This document shows positions 20,089 through 30,073 of a stretch of 64,000 bases of DNA, piece after piece. A program made the position numbers and the translations under genes. The DNA is taken from sequence record SRR20825019_2337. One strand, 5' to 3'. Under the pieces are notes generated by a model. The model ran no database searches and was not told the DNA's origin. It saw nothing but the letters and a program-made list of their open reading frames with translations. Position 1 is the stretch's first letter; each line of letters starts with the position of its first letter.

Positions 20089-21636
20089 ATGTCTATCACT
20101 CCGTTTTCCAGTCAGTTGATCGCCGATGTCGGTATTTCCTTCGGTGATGAAGGTAAAGGCCGGCTTATTCCCGAAGTCGCCGATGAGCTCCGCGGGACAA
20201 CCGCTGCCATCTCCGTCGTCTTGAAAGTCAATGGAGGCGCGAATTCCGGACATACGGCCGGCGGCGTTAAACTCAACCTGTTACCCGCCGGAGTGGTCGT
20301 GAAGGACGTCGCACATCTTTGCATGGGAGCCGGGGTCGTCGCCGATCCGCGCAAAATCTGGTGGGAAGCAAAACCGCTGGAAAACAAAGGCTACGAAATC
20401 ATTTCCCGCCTGACGATCGACGAGCGCACCATGGTCTCCGATCTCACCCACCGGCTGCTCGATCTCGCGACAGAACATTACCGCACCCACACGCTCCAGG
20501 AAGAGCCCCGCGGTTCCACGGGCCGGGGAATCACCCCATCCTATTACGAAGAAGTCGGGCAATGGCAGATCACTTACAGCGATTTTCTCGCCGGGCCGAA
20601 TTTCTTCGCCCGCAAACTGGCCCAACGCGCCGATCGCGCTCTGCGAATGATCCAGCATGTCTATCAAATCGACGCAGAGACCTTTGCCGGATTTTTCGAC
20701 ACGCTCACCGCGGCTGAAGTCCGCGCCAACGCCGAGGGGATTGAAAGCGGTGTCTTTGAGAAATCCGAATTCGATTTCACCCCATTCCGGGGCGAAGCGC
20801 CGTTCTCCCTCAATTTGGAACTGCTCACTGAAACGTATTGGCAGGCCGGCACCGCCCTCGCCAAAAACATTGGTGAAGTCCGCGCTCTGATCCTCAAAGA
20901 AAAGCAAGCCGGACGCACGATCCTCGGTGAATTTGGGCAATCCTACTGGCTCGACAAGCGCCACGGCTTTTCACCCAACGTCACCGCCTCGCACACCTTT
21001 ACTCCCGAGCTATTCGAAAGTGCGGGCATTCCGTTGCAAGCGGTGCACACCATGGGCGTGGCCAAGGCCTATGATACGAAAGTTGGCACGCACACTTTCC
21101 TCACCCAGATGGACGACGGGCATCCCTTGACGGTGCTGCTCAAAAAAGTCGAATTCGGCACCAGCACGGGTCGCCAACGCATGGTGGGGTGGTATGACGC
21201 CGTGGAAAAAGGCGATGCGCTTCGCTACGGTGGCTTTCAGGATTTCATGATCAACAAAGCCGATGTCCTCACGCACTCCGGTGATTGGCAGGGAAAACTG
21301 TTGATCTGCACGGCATACGAAGATCCCCACGGTAAACGTTATCATCACGTGCCGCGTAACGAAGCGGTTCGCAAAACCTTGAAACCCGTTTACGAAAACT
21401 ACGCGGGCTGGAGCGAAGATATTTCCTCCGTGCGGCAGTTTAGCGACCTCCCAGTTAACGCCCAGCGCTACGTCGCAGGGATGGCTAAATCTCTTCTCGA
21501 TGTCGCCTACGAAGGGCTCGATTGGCCCAGCGAAGATCAACTCCCAAATTTGCGCTATCTCGGAGTAGGCCCGGAACCGTCACAGATCATCAAAGATGTC
21601 CCTCCAATGGCTGACTTGATTAAGCTCAGTATCTAG
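20089..21636 (+). CDS. purA: Adenylosuccinate synthetase (divergent)
   Basis: [44 protein letters not shown]. Confidence 0.92.
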   Translation: MSITPFSSQLIADVGISFGDEGKGRLIPEVADELRGTTAAISVVLKVNGGANSGHTAGGVKLNLLPAGVVVKDVAHLCMGAGVVADPRKIWWEAKPLENKGYEIISRLTIDERTMVSDLTHRLLDLATEHYRTHTLQEEPRGSTGRGITPSYYEEVGQWQITYSDFLAGPNFFARKLAQRADRALRMIQHVYQIDAETFAGFFDTLTAAEVRANAEGIESGVFEKSEFDFTPFRGEAPFSLNLELLTETYWQAGTALAKNIGEVRALILKEKQAGRTILGEFGQSYWLDKRHGFSPNVTASHTFTPELFESAGIPLQAVHTMGVAKAYDTKVGTHTFLTQMDDGHPLTVLLKKVEFGTSTGRQRMVGWYDAVEKGDALRYGGFQDFMINKADVLTHSGDWQGKLLICTAYEDPHGKRYHHVPRNEAVRKTLKPVYENYAGWSEDISSVRQFSDLPVNAQRYVAGMAKSLLDVAYEGLDWPSEDQLPNLRYLGVGPEPSQIIKDVPPMADLIKLSI

Positions 21637-21707
21637 CCAGCTCGATCTGCGCATTTCGCCAATTGAAAGTAACCTATTGGGTTACTTTTGATTTTTAGAT
21701 CACCGGA

Positions 21708-23015
21708 TCAGAAGTCCTGCAAGCGCCCCTCGCCTGCACCGTGTTCCGGTGCGAGCCGGGACATGACTTCGCCGATCAGGTAGATTGATCCGGTGAGCAC
21801 CAACACATCGTCCGGACCTCCGGCGGTGCATTGAGACGCATCGGGGAACAACGTCGCCAAGTCCGTGCGATGCACAGCCCCTTCGAAATCCCGCGGCAAT
21901 AACGACTCAAGTTGATCGTGCGTGCAGGCACGTGCTTGCGAAGGCACAACCAAATGCACCTCACGCGCATACTTGCTGATCGTTGCCAAAAGCGATCCAG
22001 CGCGCGCCACGCCAAGCGCCCCTGTAATAACGATCGGTTTGCGACCGGTCTCCGCAACCAGCTTCGCCAAATTATCGTCCAGCACCCGAGCTCCTTCGGG
22101 ATTATGCGAAGAATCGAGGATCATCAAGCGCGAGCCCATCCGGACCCGCTGCCAACGGCCCGACCAATCCACGTGAACGAGCCCACGCGTGATTACCCCT
22201 TCGGTGATGCGCCATTTTTCACCGAGCACTCGAGCGGCCAAAGTCGCCGTTGCCGCGTTCCAACGTTGGTAATCCCCTTCCAAATTGGTTTCCGGATAAT
22301 ATGCGGTATCTTCACCGAACTCTTCACGGACCGAATAAACGGGAGACCCCATTTCCTTGGCACGACGGCGAATCACTGCCTCGGAGTCATCGTCAAGTCG
22401 GCCGATAACCACCGGACGTCCTGCTTTAATGATCCCCGCCTTTTCCGCGGCGATGGCGGCATGGGTGTGACCCAGCATTTCACAGTGATCCAAACCAATC
22501 GAGGTAATCACCGAAACCATCGGCGTGATGATGTTCGTCGCGTCGAGTCGGCCTCCCAAACCGACCTCGACCAAACCGATATCGCACTGCTTGCGTGAAA
22601 ATTGCAAAAACGCCATCGCAGTGATGAACTCGAAAAAGCTCGGATGCTCTTCCGGATCGCCATGCGAAATTTTTTCGGCAATCGGACGCAATTCACCGAC
22701 ATAATCGGTGATTTCCCGGGGACTCAGCGGTTGACGATCCACCTGCACGCGCTCGCCTAACTTTACCAAGTGCGGCGACGTATACATCCCAGTCCGCCAA
22801 CCCGCCGCGTGTAAAATCGCGTCGAGCATCGCCACCACGGATCCTTTGCCATTCGTCCCGCCAACGTGAACCAGCGAAAGCGTCCGTTCAGGATGTCCCA
22901 GTGCTTCGGCGAACAATCGCATACGATCGATCCCAAATTTCAAACCATGTGTGGCTTTTAGACCAAACAGGTATGACGTCACCGCCTCATAGTCGGTGGA
23001 TGCGGCCGTTGCCAT
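21708..23015 (-). CDS. folC: Folylpolyglutamate/dihydrofolate synthase
   Basis: HVGGTNGKGS, YTSPHL, EVGLGGRLDATN, EKAGIIK, TGSIYLIGE. Confidence 0.95.
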   Translation of the reverse strand: MATAASTDYEAVTSYLFGLKATHGLKFGIDRMRLFAEALGHPERTLSLVHVGGTNGKGSVVAMLDAILHAAGWRTGMYTSPHLVKLGERVQVDRQPLSPREITDYVGELRPIAEKISHGDPEEHPSFFEFITAMAFLQFSRKQCDIGLVEVGLGGRLDATNIITPMVSVITSIGLDHCEMLGHTHAAIAAEKAGIIKAGRPVVIGRLDDDSEAVIRRRAKEMGSPVYSVREEFGEDTAYYPETNLEGDYQRWNAATATLAARVLGEKWRITEGVITRGLVHVDWSGRWQRVRMGSRLMILDSSHNPEGARVLDDNLAKLVAETGRKPIVITGALGVARAGSLLATISKYAREVHLVVPSQARACTHDQLESLLPRDFEGAVHRTDLATLFPDASQCTAGGPDDVLVLTGSIYLIGEVMSRLAPEHGAGEGRLQDF

Positions 23016-23026
23016 GATCGGATTTT

Positions 23027-23893
23027 TCAGGATTTCTTAGTCGCGGCAGACTTCTTCTTCACAAAAAGCGCCTGAAGAATCTCGCCGAGACGATCACGCA
23101 TTTCGGTGCGCGGAACGATTTGATCAATCAGTCCCCGTTCGAGCAAAAACTCCGAAGTTTGAAAACCTTCCGGCAAGGTTTGCTTGGTCGTATCCTTAAT
23201 CACCCGAGCACCGGCAAAACCAATCAAGGCGCCCGGTTCTGCGATGATCACATCACCGAGGGTCGCGTAGCTGGCCGATACCCCGCCTGTGGTCGGATGC
23301 GTCAGCACGGAAATATAAGGGAGACCCGCTTCGCCCAGACGCCCCAGCGCGGCACTGGTCTTGGCCATCTGCATGAGAGAGAGAATCCCCTCCTGCATGC
23401 GGGCGCCACCCGATGTGCTAAAAATAATACATGGAATCTTGTGCTCCAGAGCCGCTTCAATCGCACGAGTAATCTTTTCACCGGCAGCGGACCCCAGAGT
23501 CCCACCGCAAAAGCGAAAATCCATCACGGCGAGAGAAACTCCGATGCCGTGGATTTTTCCGAGACCACAGATCACCGATTCCGGCAAGCCGCTGGCCTTT
23601 TCATATTTCTTGATCCGGTCCACATAGGCCGCGGAATCCTTAAAACCAAGGGGATCAGCCGAGCGCACATCAGCATCCTTTTCTTCAAAAGAGCCTTCAT
23701 CAACCAGGCTCTTGATGCGCTCACGCGCACCAATCGGAAAATGGTAGCCGCCCTTGGGCACCACCATTTGGTTTTCTTCGATATCCTTGGTGAAAAGGGT
23801 ATCTCCCGAGATGGGATCTTTAGTGTAGAGACCGTGCGGAATTTCCTTTTTACGGGTCTTCCGCACCGTGTAGGTCGGTTTATCAAAATTCAT
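23027..23893 (-). CDS. accD: Acetyl-CoA carboxylase carboxyltransferase beta subunit
   Basis: MDFRFCGG, SGGARMQEG, PTTGGVSAS, IGFAGARVI, FQTSEFL; start uncertain (23893 or 23908). Confidence 0.93.
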   Translation of the reverse strand: MNFDKPTYTVRKTRKKEIPHGLYTKDPISGDTLFTKDIEENQMVVPKGGYHFPIGARERIKSLVDEGSFEEKDADVRSADPLGFKDSAAYVDRIKKYEKASGLPESVICGLGKIHGIGVSLAVMDFRFCGGTLGSAAGEKITRAIEAALEHKIPCIIFSTSGGARMQEGILSLMQMAKTSAALGRLGEAGLPYISVLTHPTTGGVSASYATLGDVIIAEPGALIGFAGARVIKDTTKQTLPEGFQTSEFLLERGLIDQIVPRTEMRDRLGEILQALFVKKKSAATKKS

Positions 23894-23900
23894 ATCGGTT

Positions 23901-24635
23901 TCAGCCATGGCCGAAAGTGACAACATCAAGGTTTAGGCAACCCGCGCGGTGAAGCACGTGTGCGCAGCTATTAAGTGTAGAACCTGTAGTGAAAACGTCA
24001 TCAACTAGGATGTAGTGTTGGTCGGCAGTTATGGGGGCCCGTCGCTTCAGTGCAAAGGCATTTTTTAGGTTGGCAAGACGCGTCTCTTTGTCGTGATGCG
24101 TTTGCGATACGGTATCGATCACGCGTCTGAGGATGTGCTTCACAACTGTGCCGTTACCAGCAACTCCCGCGAGACACTCTGCGATCAATTGGCTTTGATT
24201 AAACCCTCGCTCACGCTCCTTCCTCGGATGCAACGGCACTGGCACCAAAGTCGCGCCACGCACCCATGCGATGAGCTCATCCGCCTTGGCAAACAGCGTT
24301 TTCATATCGTTAAGTGCATGGAACCCTTGATGATACTTCAGGGTTAAAACCAACGAACGCGCAGGTCCTTTCGATAACACCGCCGTGCGGCCTTCACGAA
24401 AAATCGGCGTCAGATCCTGACAATGCGGGCACATCCTCTCTCCGCCAACCTCCCCGTAGAAGGGATAGCCACAAGTCGAACAGTGCGGAGATCGCACGAT
24501 ATCGATTTTACGCGAGCATGGTTCGCAGATAAACCGAAACTCACCTTCCGCCACGATGCTCTGACAATGCACGCAAATAGGTGGGAAAACCACATCACCC
24601 GCTCCACGAACCATCTCTTTCACCCACGCCTTCAT
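23901..24635 (-). CDS. comF: ComF family protein (Zn ribbon + PRT domain)
   Basis: Four CxxC pairs, VPVPLH..RGFNQS, LVDDVFTTGST. Confidence 0.88.
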   Translation of the reverse strand: MKAWVKEMVRGAGDVVFPPICVHCQSIVAEGEFRFICEPCSRKIDIVRSPHCSTCGYPFYGEVGGERMCPHCQDLTPIFREGRTAVLSKGPARSLVLTLKYHQGFHALNDMKTLFAKADELIAWVRGATLVPVPLHPRKERERGFNQSQLIAECLAGVAGNGTVVKHILRRVIDTVSQTHHDKETRLANLKNAFALKRRAPITADQHYILVDDVFTTGSTLNSCAHVLHRAGCLNLDVVTFGHG

Positions 24636-25375
24636 CAGTAAAAGACATTCATCAGGCAGAGCCCCTGGGGCGGCGCCGTCGGGACCAAGTTCGTCCGTTT
24701 TCGAGATTCCAAGATCATCGCCACCTTCGCCACATCGAGTCGCCCCTCGCCCACCGCAACCAACACCCCGGCCAAGCTCCTCACCATTTTGTAGAGAAAG
24801 CCTTCACCTTCAGCCGTGATCCGGATTTCTTTGCCGCGTTTGATCACTTCCAGCACCCGCAGATCGCGAACAGTGTTTTCCTTCGCCGGGCCATTCAAGG
24901 CCGTAAACGCGCGAAAATCATGACGGCCGCACAACACTTTTGCCGCCTGCTGCATCGTCTTCACATCCAAATCGCGAAAGACGCACCAGCGATACGGACG
25001 TGTAAACGGATCCGTATCCCCCAAATGGATAAAATAGGCATAGCGTTTCCCTTTCGCTTGAAAGCGCGCATGAAAATCGTCCTTAACCCGCTTCACAGAT
25101 TTCACCTGAATGGACATCGGGAGCCCACTACGCAGCGCCGCCATCATCGCCTCCGGGCCATGGGACCATACCGCATCAAAATGAAAAACCTGCCCTCGCG
25201 CGTGCACGCCGGCATCGGTGCGGCCACTCCCATGAATTCTGACCTGAGTTTTCAGGATTTCCGACAAGCGATTTTCAATTACATCCTGCACGGCCGTCCC
25301 ACCCGATTGACTCTGCCAACCGCCAAATGAAGTGCCATCATAGGCACAGACACATTTCCAACGCGTGGCTTTCAT
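24635..25375 (-). CDS. truA: tRNA pseudouridine(38-40) synthase
   Basis: YDGTSFGGWQ, GRTDAGVHA, FLYKMVR, TAPPQGL. Confidence 0.95.
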   Translation of the reverse strand: MKATRWKCVCAYDGTSFGGWQSQSGGTAVQDVIENRLSEILKTQVRIHGSGRTDAGVHARGQVFHFDAVWSHGPEAMMAALRSGLPMSIQVKSVKRVKDDFHARFQAKGKRYAYFIHLGDTDPFTRPYRWCVFRDLDVKTMQQAAKVLCGRHDFRAFTALNGPAKENTVRDLRVLEVIKRGKEIRITAEGEGFLYKMVRSLAGVLVAVGEGRLDVAKVAMILESRKRTNLVPTAPPQGLCLMNVFY

Positions 25376-25809
25376 GGTTCGTCCTCCATCGGCAAAACCG
25401 GCGGGATCTGTTGATCGAGAAAGTCCTGAAGAATGATTGTCGCCGCCCGCGAATCGACCAAACCACTGGCCCGCAGCTCGCGCAGCTTTGATTTGGAGAT
25501 TGAGGATTCGGCCTCAAAACTCGTCAGGCGCTCGTCAATCAAGTGCACCGGCAGGTTGAACGAGGATCGAAGTCTTTCCGCAAAGGCATCGACCTCCTTC
25601 GCTTTAAATCCCGCGGTGCCATCCATGTTGTAGGGATAGCCCAAAACCAAATCCGTCGCTCTTCTCTTTTGCACGACTTCGCCGAGCGCAGTCCAACGCA
25701 GTTCGTCAGTCGATTGCACGAGAGCTGGCAGTGGTGTCGCCACACCAATCTCATCGCCGTAGCTCATCCCGATCCGGCGGGTGCCGTAGTCTATGCCCAA
25801 ACAACGCAT
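25372..25809 (-). CDS. yqgF: YqgF/RuvX resolvase-like RNase
   Basis: LGIDYGTRRIG, DERLTS, VDSRAATIILQ. Confidence 0.92.
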   Translation of the reverse strand: MRCLGIDYGTRRIGMSYGDEIGVATPLPALVQSTDELRWTALGEVVQKRRATDLVLGYPYNMDGTAGFKAKEVDAFAERLRSSFNLPVHLIDERLTSFEAESSISKSKLRELRASGLVDSRAATIILQDFLDQQIPPVLPMEDEP

Positions 25810-25886
25810 GCCTGATTGGGACCCGACCGACCGTTCGGCGCAATTTCATTTGCGACCCGACGTAAAACACCTCTCTTAATTAGGAA

Positions 25887-27059
25887 ATGTCCGATTCCAA
25901 TCCAACGCTCGATGCCGCCGCGCTACGTCGCTATAATCGGCAAATTCTGCTCGAGGAAATCGGATTTGAAGGACAACAGAAATTATCCCGCGCCAAGGTG
26001 CTCATTGTCGGGGCCGGTGGGCTGGGCAGCCCTGCCGCACTGTATCTGGCCGCCGCGGGAGTGGGCACGATCGGAATTGCGGATCTCGATCAAGTCGAGG
26101 AACACAATCTCCATCGCCAGCTCCTCCATCCCACCGATAGCGTGGGCACCGCAAAAGTGGACTCAGCAATGGCCACCTTGCGGGCAATCAATCCGTTGAT
26201 CGATCTGGTGCCGCATCGCGAAGGCATCACCCCGAACAATGCAGTGAAAGTATTCCAACTTTACGATATCATCGTGGACGGCACCGATAATTTTCCGGTG
26301 CGCTATCTCAATAACGATGCGGCTTACTTCGCCCAACGTCCGCTCGTGCACGGCAGTATTTTCAAATTTGAAGGACAGGTTAGCGTGTTTGATACAGCAA
26401 ACGGCGGTCCCTGCTACCGCTGTCTCTTTCCCGAACCACCGACTAGCGGAAGCGTGCCGGGTTGTGGCGAAGCGGGCGTGATCGGTGCACTCTGCGGAGT
26501 GATTGGAAGCATCCAAGCGCTGGAGGTGATCAAATATCTGACCGCTTGCGGCGAGCCGCTCAAAGGATGTCTTCTGACCTATTGCGCACTTGACCATCAG
26601 ACGAACAGGATCGCCATGCCCCGCTCGCCGGATTGCCCCTTGTGTGGTTCTGCACCTAGAATCACCTCTATTGAGGCCCACCGCTATCAACCTGTATGTG
26701 AGCCCATCTCCTCAATTTCCATGAACGAATCAGCCTATCCCCTCGAAGTGAACGTGCGCGAAGCGCACGAACTGCTCACCAGTAATCCTGAAAACACCCT
26801 CTTGATCGATGTCCGCGAAGAGCATGAATTGGCCATCTGTTGCGTAGCGATTGCCCGACACATCCCTATGCGCCAAATTCCGGAAAACCTGGCAGAACTC
26901 CCTCGCGACAAACATTTATTCATCATGTGCCATCATGGCGGTCGCAGCCGTCGGGTAACCGAATATCTGCGCGCCCAAGGGATCGATACGGCCACCAATA
27001 TCGATGGAGGTATTGATGGCTGGGCGATGGAGATTGATCCGGATATCGCTCGTTATTAA
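25887..27059 (+). CDS. moeB: MoeB/ThiF adenylyltransferase fused to rhodanese
   Basis: RYNRQ, GAGGLG, NLHRQ, CYRC, C-terminal IDVRE..CHHGGRS. Confidence 0.9.
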   Translation: MSDSNPTLDAAALRRYNRQILLEEIGFEGQQKLSRAKVLIVGAGGLGSPAALYLAAAGVGTIGIADLDQVEEHNLHRQLLHPTDSVGTAKVDSAMATLRAINPLIDLVPHREGITPNNAVKVFQLYDIIVDGTDNFPVRYLNNDAAYFAQRPLVHGSIFKFEGQVSVFDTANGGPCYRCLFPEPPTSGSVPGCGEAGVIGALCGVIGSIQALEVIKYLTACGEPLKGCLLTYCALDHQTNRIAMPRSPDCPLCGSAPRITSIEAHRYQPVCEPISSISMNESAYPLEVNVREAHELLTSNPENTLLIDVREEHELAICCVAIARHIPMRQIPENLAELPRDKHLFIMCHHGGRSRRVTEYLRAQGIDTATNIDGGIDGWAMEIDPDIARY

Positions 27060-27080
27060 GCGCACCCCGGGACCGACAAC

Positions 27081-27115
27081 AAAAAGCCCCGCCTCTCGAA
27101 AGATGCGGGGCCTTT
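27081..27115 (-). terminator. Terminator with a UUCG loop on the minus strand (possibly bidirectional)
   Basis: Minus strand GCCCCGCATCT-TTCG-AGAGGCGGGGC-TTTTT. Confidence 0.85.
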
Positions 27116-27134
27116 ATTAATTCAAGAAGAAGAC

Positions 27135-27503
27135 TTATTTCTTCCGAGCCTTGGTCAAACCAAGCTCTTTCTTGATGTTTTGGACACTGGGAATCGAAAT
27201 TCCCACTGCCTTGGCGATCGCCGCTCCGGTCTTACCGGCAGCTGTAAGCGATTTCACCTTATTCTTGGTGTCTTCAGTAATGACGGCGCGTTTGCGGCGA
27301 CCGCCAGCCTGTTTGGAAGCCTTCCGAGCGGCTTTACCGCCGGCGGCTGCTTTGACTGCTTTGATAAAGTCAGCGACATTATCAAAACCGTATTTGGAAG
27401 GTAGAGCTTTAAGCTCGTTTGCACGTGCCGAAGCAACTTCCTGCTCAAGCTTAGTGAGCTTGGCGCGGGCTGCTTCGAGTTCTTTTATTTTATTAGTAAC
27501 CAT
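27135..27503 (-). CDS. Small basic DNA-binding protein (coiled coil + Lys/Ala linker + HTH)
   Basis: 122 aa; KELEAARAKLTKLEQE coiled coil; GKTGAAIAKAVGISIPSVQNIKK HTH; own terminator. Confidence 0.8.
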   Translation of the reverse strand: MVTNKIKELEAARAKLTKLEQEVASARANELKALPSKYGFDNVADFIKAVKAAAGGKAARKASKQAGGRRKRAVITEDTKNKVKSLTAAGKTGAAIAKAVGISIPSVQNIKKELGLTKARKK

Positions 27504-27638
27504 GGTGGTGGATTTTAGGATTAATTCCTGATTAAGGATACAGTCTCTTTTCCAATATCGGCAAGCATACAATAACATTTTCGCAATAAAATCATCTTTA
27601 TTAGTATACTATACGAATACCTAAAGACTCCGATAAGC

Positions 27639-28469
27639 CTATTCGGACCTATTCACATAGTTCTTCCGAAACGTTCCGGGCCCCACCCCAGCATAACGCT
27701 GAAATACACGACTGAAATGGTGTCTATTACGATAGCCTACCAATTCAGCTATTGTCTCTATCGACTCCTCTTCATACACTAATCTTCTGGAAGCTTCGCG
27801 CATACGACGTCCCATGACATAGACCGCCGGCGTCTGCCCCATATGCTTCTTAAACCATCTGATAAAGGGCTCGATCCCGAGACCCGCGACCCGCGCCAGC
27901 TTTTGATTACTAATCGGTGAATCGAGATAAGTATCCAACCACACCAGCACTCTCCGCATTCGGGGATCCGACACTTCCATGGATCGTGTATCAACTCCCA
28001 CCAAGGACAAATGCAACAAGGCCATGCCCAAACGTCTCGACGGTTCAACGTGGCCTCCCAGAGTCACCTCGCGCAATTTCTCCGCAACAGCCCGGAACTC
28101 CTTGCCCGCAGTAATCTCGAGCGGACGCGACAACGACATCTGATCACTCAACGAGAGAGTAAAATGGATCCAAATATGATCCACCCCGACCTTCCCCCCG
28201 CAGTCGAATGGCACGCCTTCAGGCAGCAAAATTGCCCGACTTCGATTTAAACAATACCGCTGTTGGCCGCACCGCACCCACACTCCATCGGACAAATCGT
28301 AGAACAACCGCCAGAAAGGACTGCAGACATCACGGTGATTCCAGTCCTCCTGAAGCGTCATGGCCCCGGTCTCATAGATGCGAAAATCACTGCCTTCGCG
28401 CGAAGCAGGCAGCCGCAACCCTTGCCCCGTAAACGGATTCCTCCAAGGCTTCAGATCAATTTTAGACAT
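27639..28469 (-). CDS. AraC family transcriptional regulator
   Basis: C-terminal LARVAGL..F.RWFKK..G.TP, IAELVGY..HFSRVF; cupin-like N-domain. Confidence 0.9.
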   Translation of the reverse strand: MSKIDLKPWRNPFTGQGLRLPASREGSDFRIYETGAMTLQEDWNHRDVCSPFWRLFYDLSDGVWVRCGQQRYCLNRSRAILLPEGVPFDCGGKVGVDHIWIHFTLSLSDQMSLSRPLEITAGKEFRAVAEKLREVTLGGHVEPSRRLGMALLHLSLVGVDTRSMEVSDPRMRRVLVWLDTYLDSPISNQKLARVAGLGIEPFIRWFKKHMGQTPAVYVMGRRMREASRRLVYEEESIETIAELVGYRNRHHFSRVFQRYAGVGPGTFRKNYVNRSE

Positions 28470-28498
28470 AAGTTAATCCCTATTAGACATAGGTAATT
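28462..28498. promoter_or_regulatory. Putative AraC operator (direct repeat, 21-bp phase)
   Basis: TTAGACATAagttaat at 28462 and TTAGACATAggtaat at 28483. Confidence 0.55.
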
Positions 28499-28524
28499 TT
28501 CAAGTTATTTGATATATTTTGATT

Positions 28525-30006
28525 ATGCCCCCTTTGACTGCTGAACCCGCGCCCCCGATCCCGGAACGTCAGACATTGATTACCCCCGAGAGCAAACAGA
28601 AGCCCCGCAACGTCGCACTCCTTTGCGACTGGCAATATATCGAACGCTCGATCCATCGGTTGATTGCAGGCTGGGGTCGCGACATCTCAGCTTGGAACGA
28701 TAAGAGCACGATCCATCGTCACATCTGGGATCAGGCGGAATGCGTGCGACGTCTCCGCGAACGCATTACTCAGTTTCCCGGCGGCAAGGCGGATGCACCG
28801 GTCTCCGCCGAGTTGGAACGTCTGGTTAACACGGTTCTGCTCGCCCCCTCCGCCCAAGATGCCATCGACGGCATCTACGTGCACCTGCTCAAAACTCTGG
28901 TGACCGCCTATGGTGAATACACCACTTCGGTTCATCCCGTGCACGACGCGCCGACAATTTCGTTGCTGCACGAAATCAACCAAATCAAAAGCCAGCAATG
29001 GCTCTGGTATCGAGATTACCGACGCCGTTATCCACACACCACAGATTCGACCTATCGCGCAAAAATCGAAGCCGCGTTAACCACCTGTGGATATTTCCGT
29101 GCTTCCCTTCCTGTTAATGCTGGTGACATCGCCAAACCCGCAGGTGTCGCGACCGATTTCAAACTTGCCCGTTTCAGTGCGCGCGACGAGCCGATTCGCG
29201 CAAAGCACCCCTTCATGGAATATGTTCGGGCCGATTTCACCCATAGTATCGAAACGCGCCGTCTGTTCTGGGCCTATGCCTACATGTTGGAAAAAAACCT
29301 GCCCGATGCCCAACTCGTCTGGATCTACGACGGGCACTACATGCCTTGGAATTGGCATCATGATATTTCCCGGCACCTCTGGGATGAATCCCGGCACGGC
29401 GACTCCGGTTATTCACGGCTGCAGGATTTCGGCATCAGTCTCGATGAAGTCGGCTTTTCAACCTACGAGGAGGAGGATCGGGAAAAAATCCTCACGACCT
29501 ATTCTCAGCAAAACAACGTCCCCCTCGATGAAGCCTATGCTCAGCACCGTGACCTCCTCGCGCCCTACAAAATGGAGCACAAGACCAAGGCTGAACTCTA
29601 CGACGATATTTTCTTCATCGGCATGTGCGCGGAGACCGGTCACTTCGTCGTGAAAAACGAAAGTTACGTCGATTTCCGCGAAGGTCAGGACCTCGAATCG
29701 GCCGAGATGATGCTTTTCGATATCATCGATGAAACGGCACACGTGCAATACGCCCATCGCTGGCTCCCCCTCCTCGCCGAGCACGCCGGGATCGACAACT
29801 CCAATTATCGCGAGCGCGCGACCGAGATTCTCAAGGAGAAGCAAGCGGAATCAGATCGCCTCGCGGCTGATTTCAAATCGAAACTCTCCCGCACACCCGG
29901 CGACCCCGCTTTCGATTTTTATCAGAACCTCCTTACCCGGATCCGCGAGTCCACTCCATTGAGCAACGCGACCACGTGTCCACCGCGCACCCAGAAGCCG
30001 ATGTAA
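28525..30006 (+). CDS. Tandem ferritin-like (DUF455-type) putative di-metal protein
   Basis: WDESRH and DETAH ExxH motifs plus YMLE and CAE; N-terminal half looks like a degenerate copy (RHIWDQAE). Confidence 0.7.
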   Translation: MPPLTAEPAPPIPERQTLITPESKQKPRNVALLCDWQYIERSIHRLIAGWGRDISAWNDKSTIHRHIWDQAECVRRLRERITQFPGGKADAPVSAELERLVNTVLLAPSAQDAIDGIYVHLLKTLVTAYGEYTTSVHPVHDAPTISLLHEINQIKSQQWLWYRDYRRRYPHTTDSTYRAKIEAALTTCGYFRASLPVNAGDIAKPAGVATDFKLARFSARDEPIRAKHPFMEYVRADFTHSIETRRLFWAYAYMLEKNLPDAQLVWIYDGHYMPWNWHHDISRHLWDESRHGDSGYSRLQDFGISLDEVGFSTYEEEDREKILTTYSQQNNVPLDEAYAQHRDLLAPYKMEHKTKAELYDDIFFIGMCAETGHFVVKNESYVDFREGQDLESAEMMLFDIIDETAHVQYAHRWLPLLAEHAGIDNSNYRERATEILKEKQAESDRLAADFKSKLSRTPGDPAFDFYQNLLTRIRESTPLSNATTCPPRTQKPM

Positions 30007-30073
30007 GCCTTGGGCGAACTTTCGCAGGCATTCGGCTTGCCCAATGCCGACCCGCTGCATTTTCTTATGGGTT

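Noticed and set aside
25887-27059. E1-like defence or ubiquitin-like system
   Set aside because: Ordinary MoeB-rhodanese fusion with no E2, JAB or Ubl neighbors
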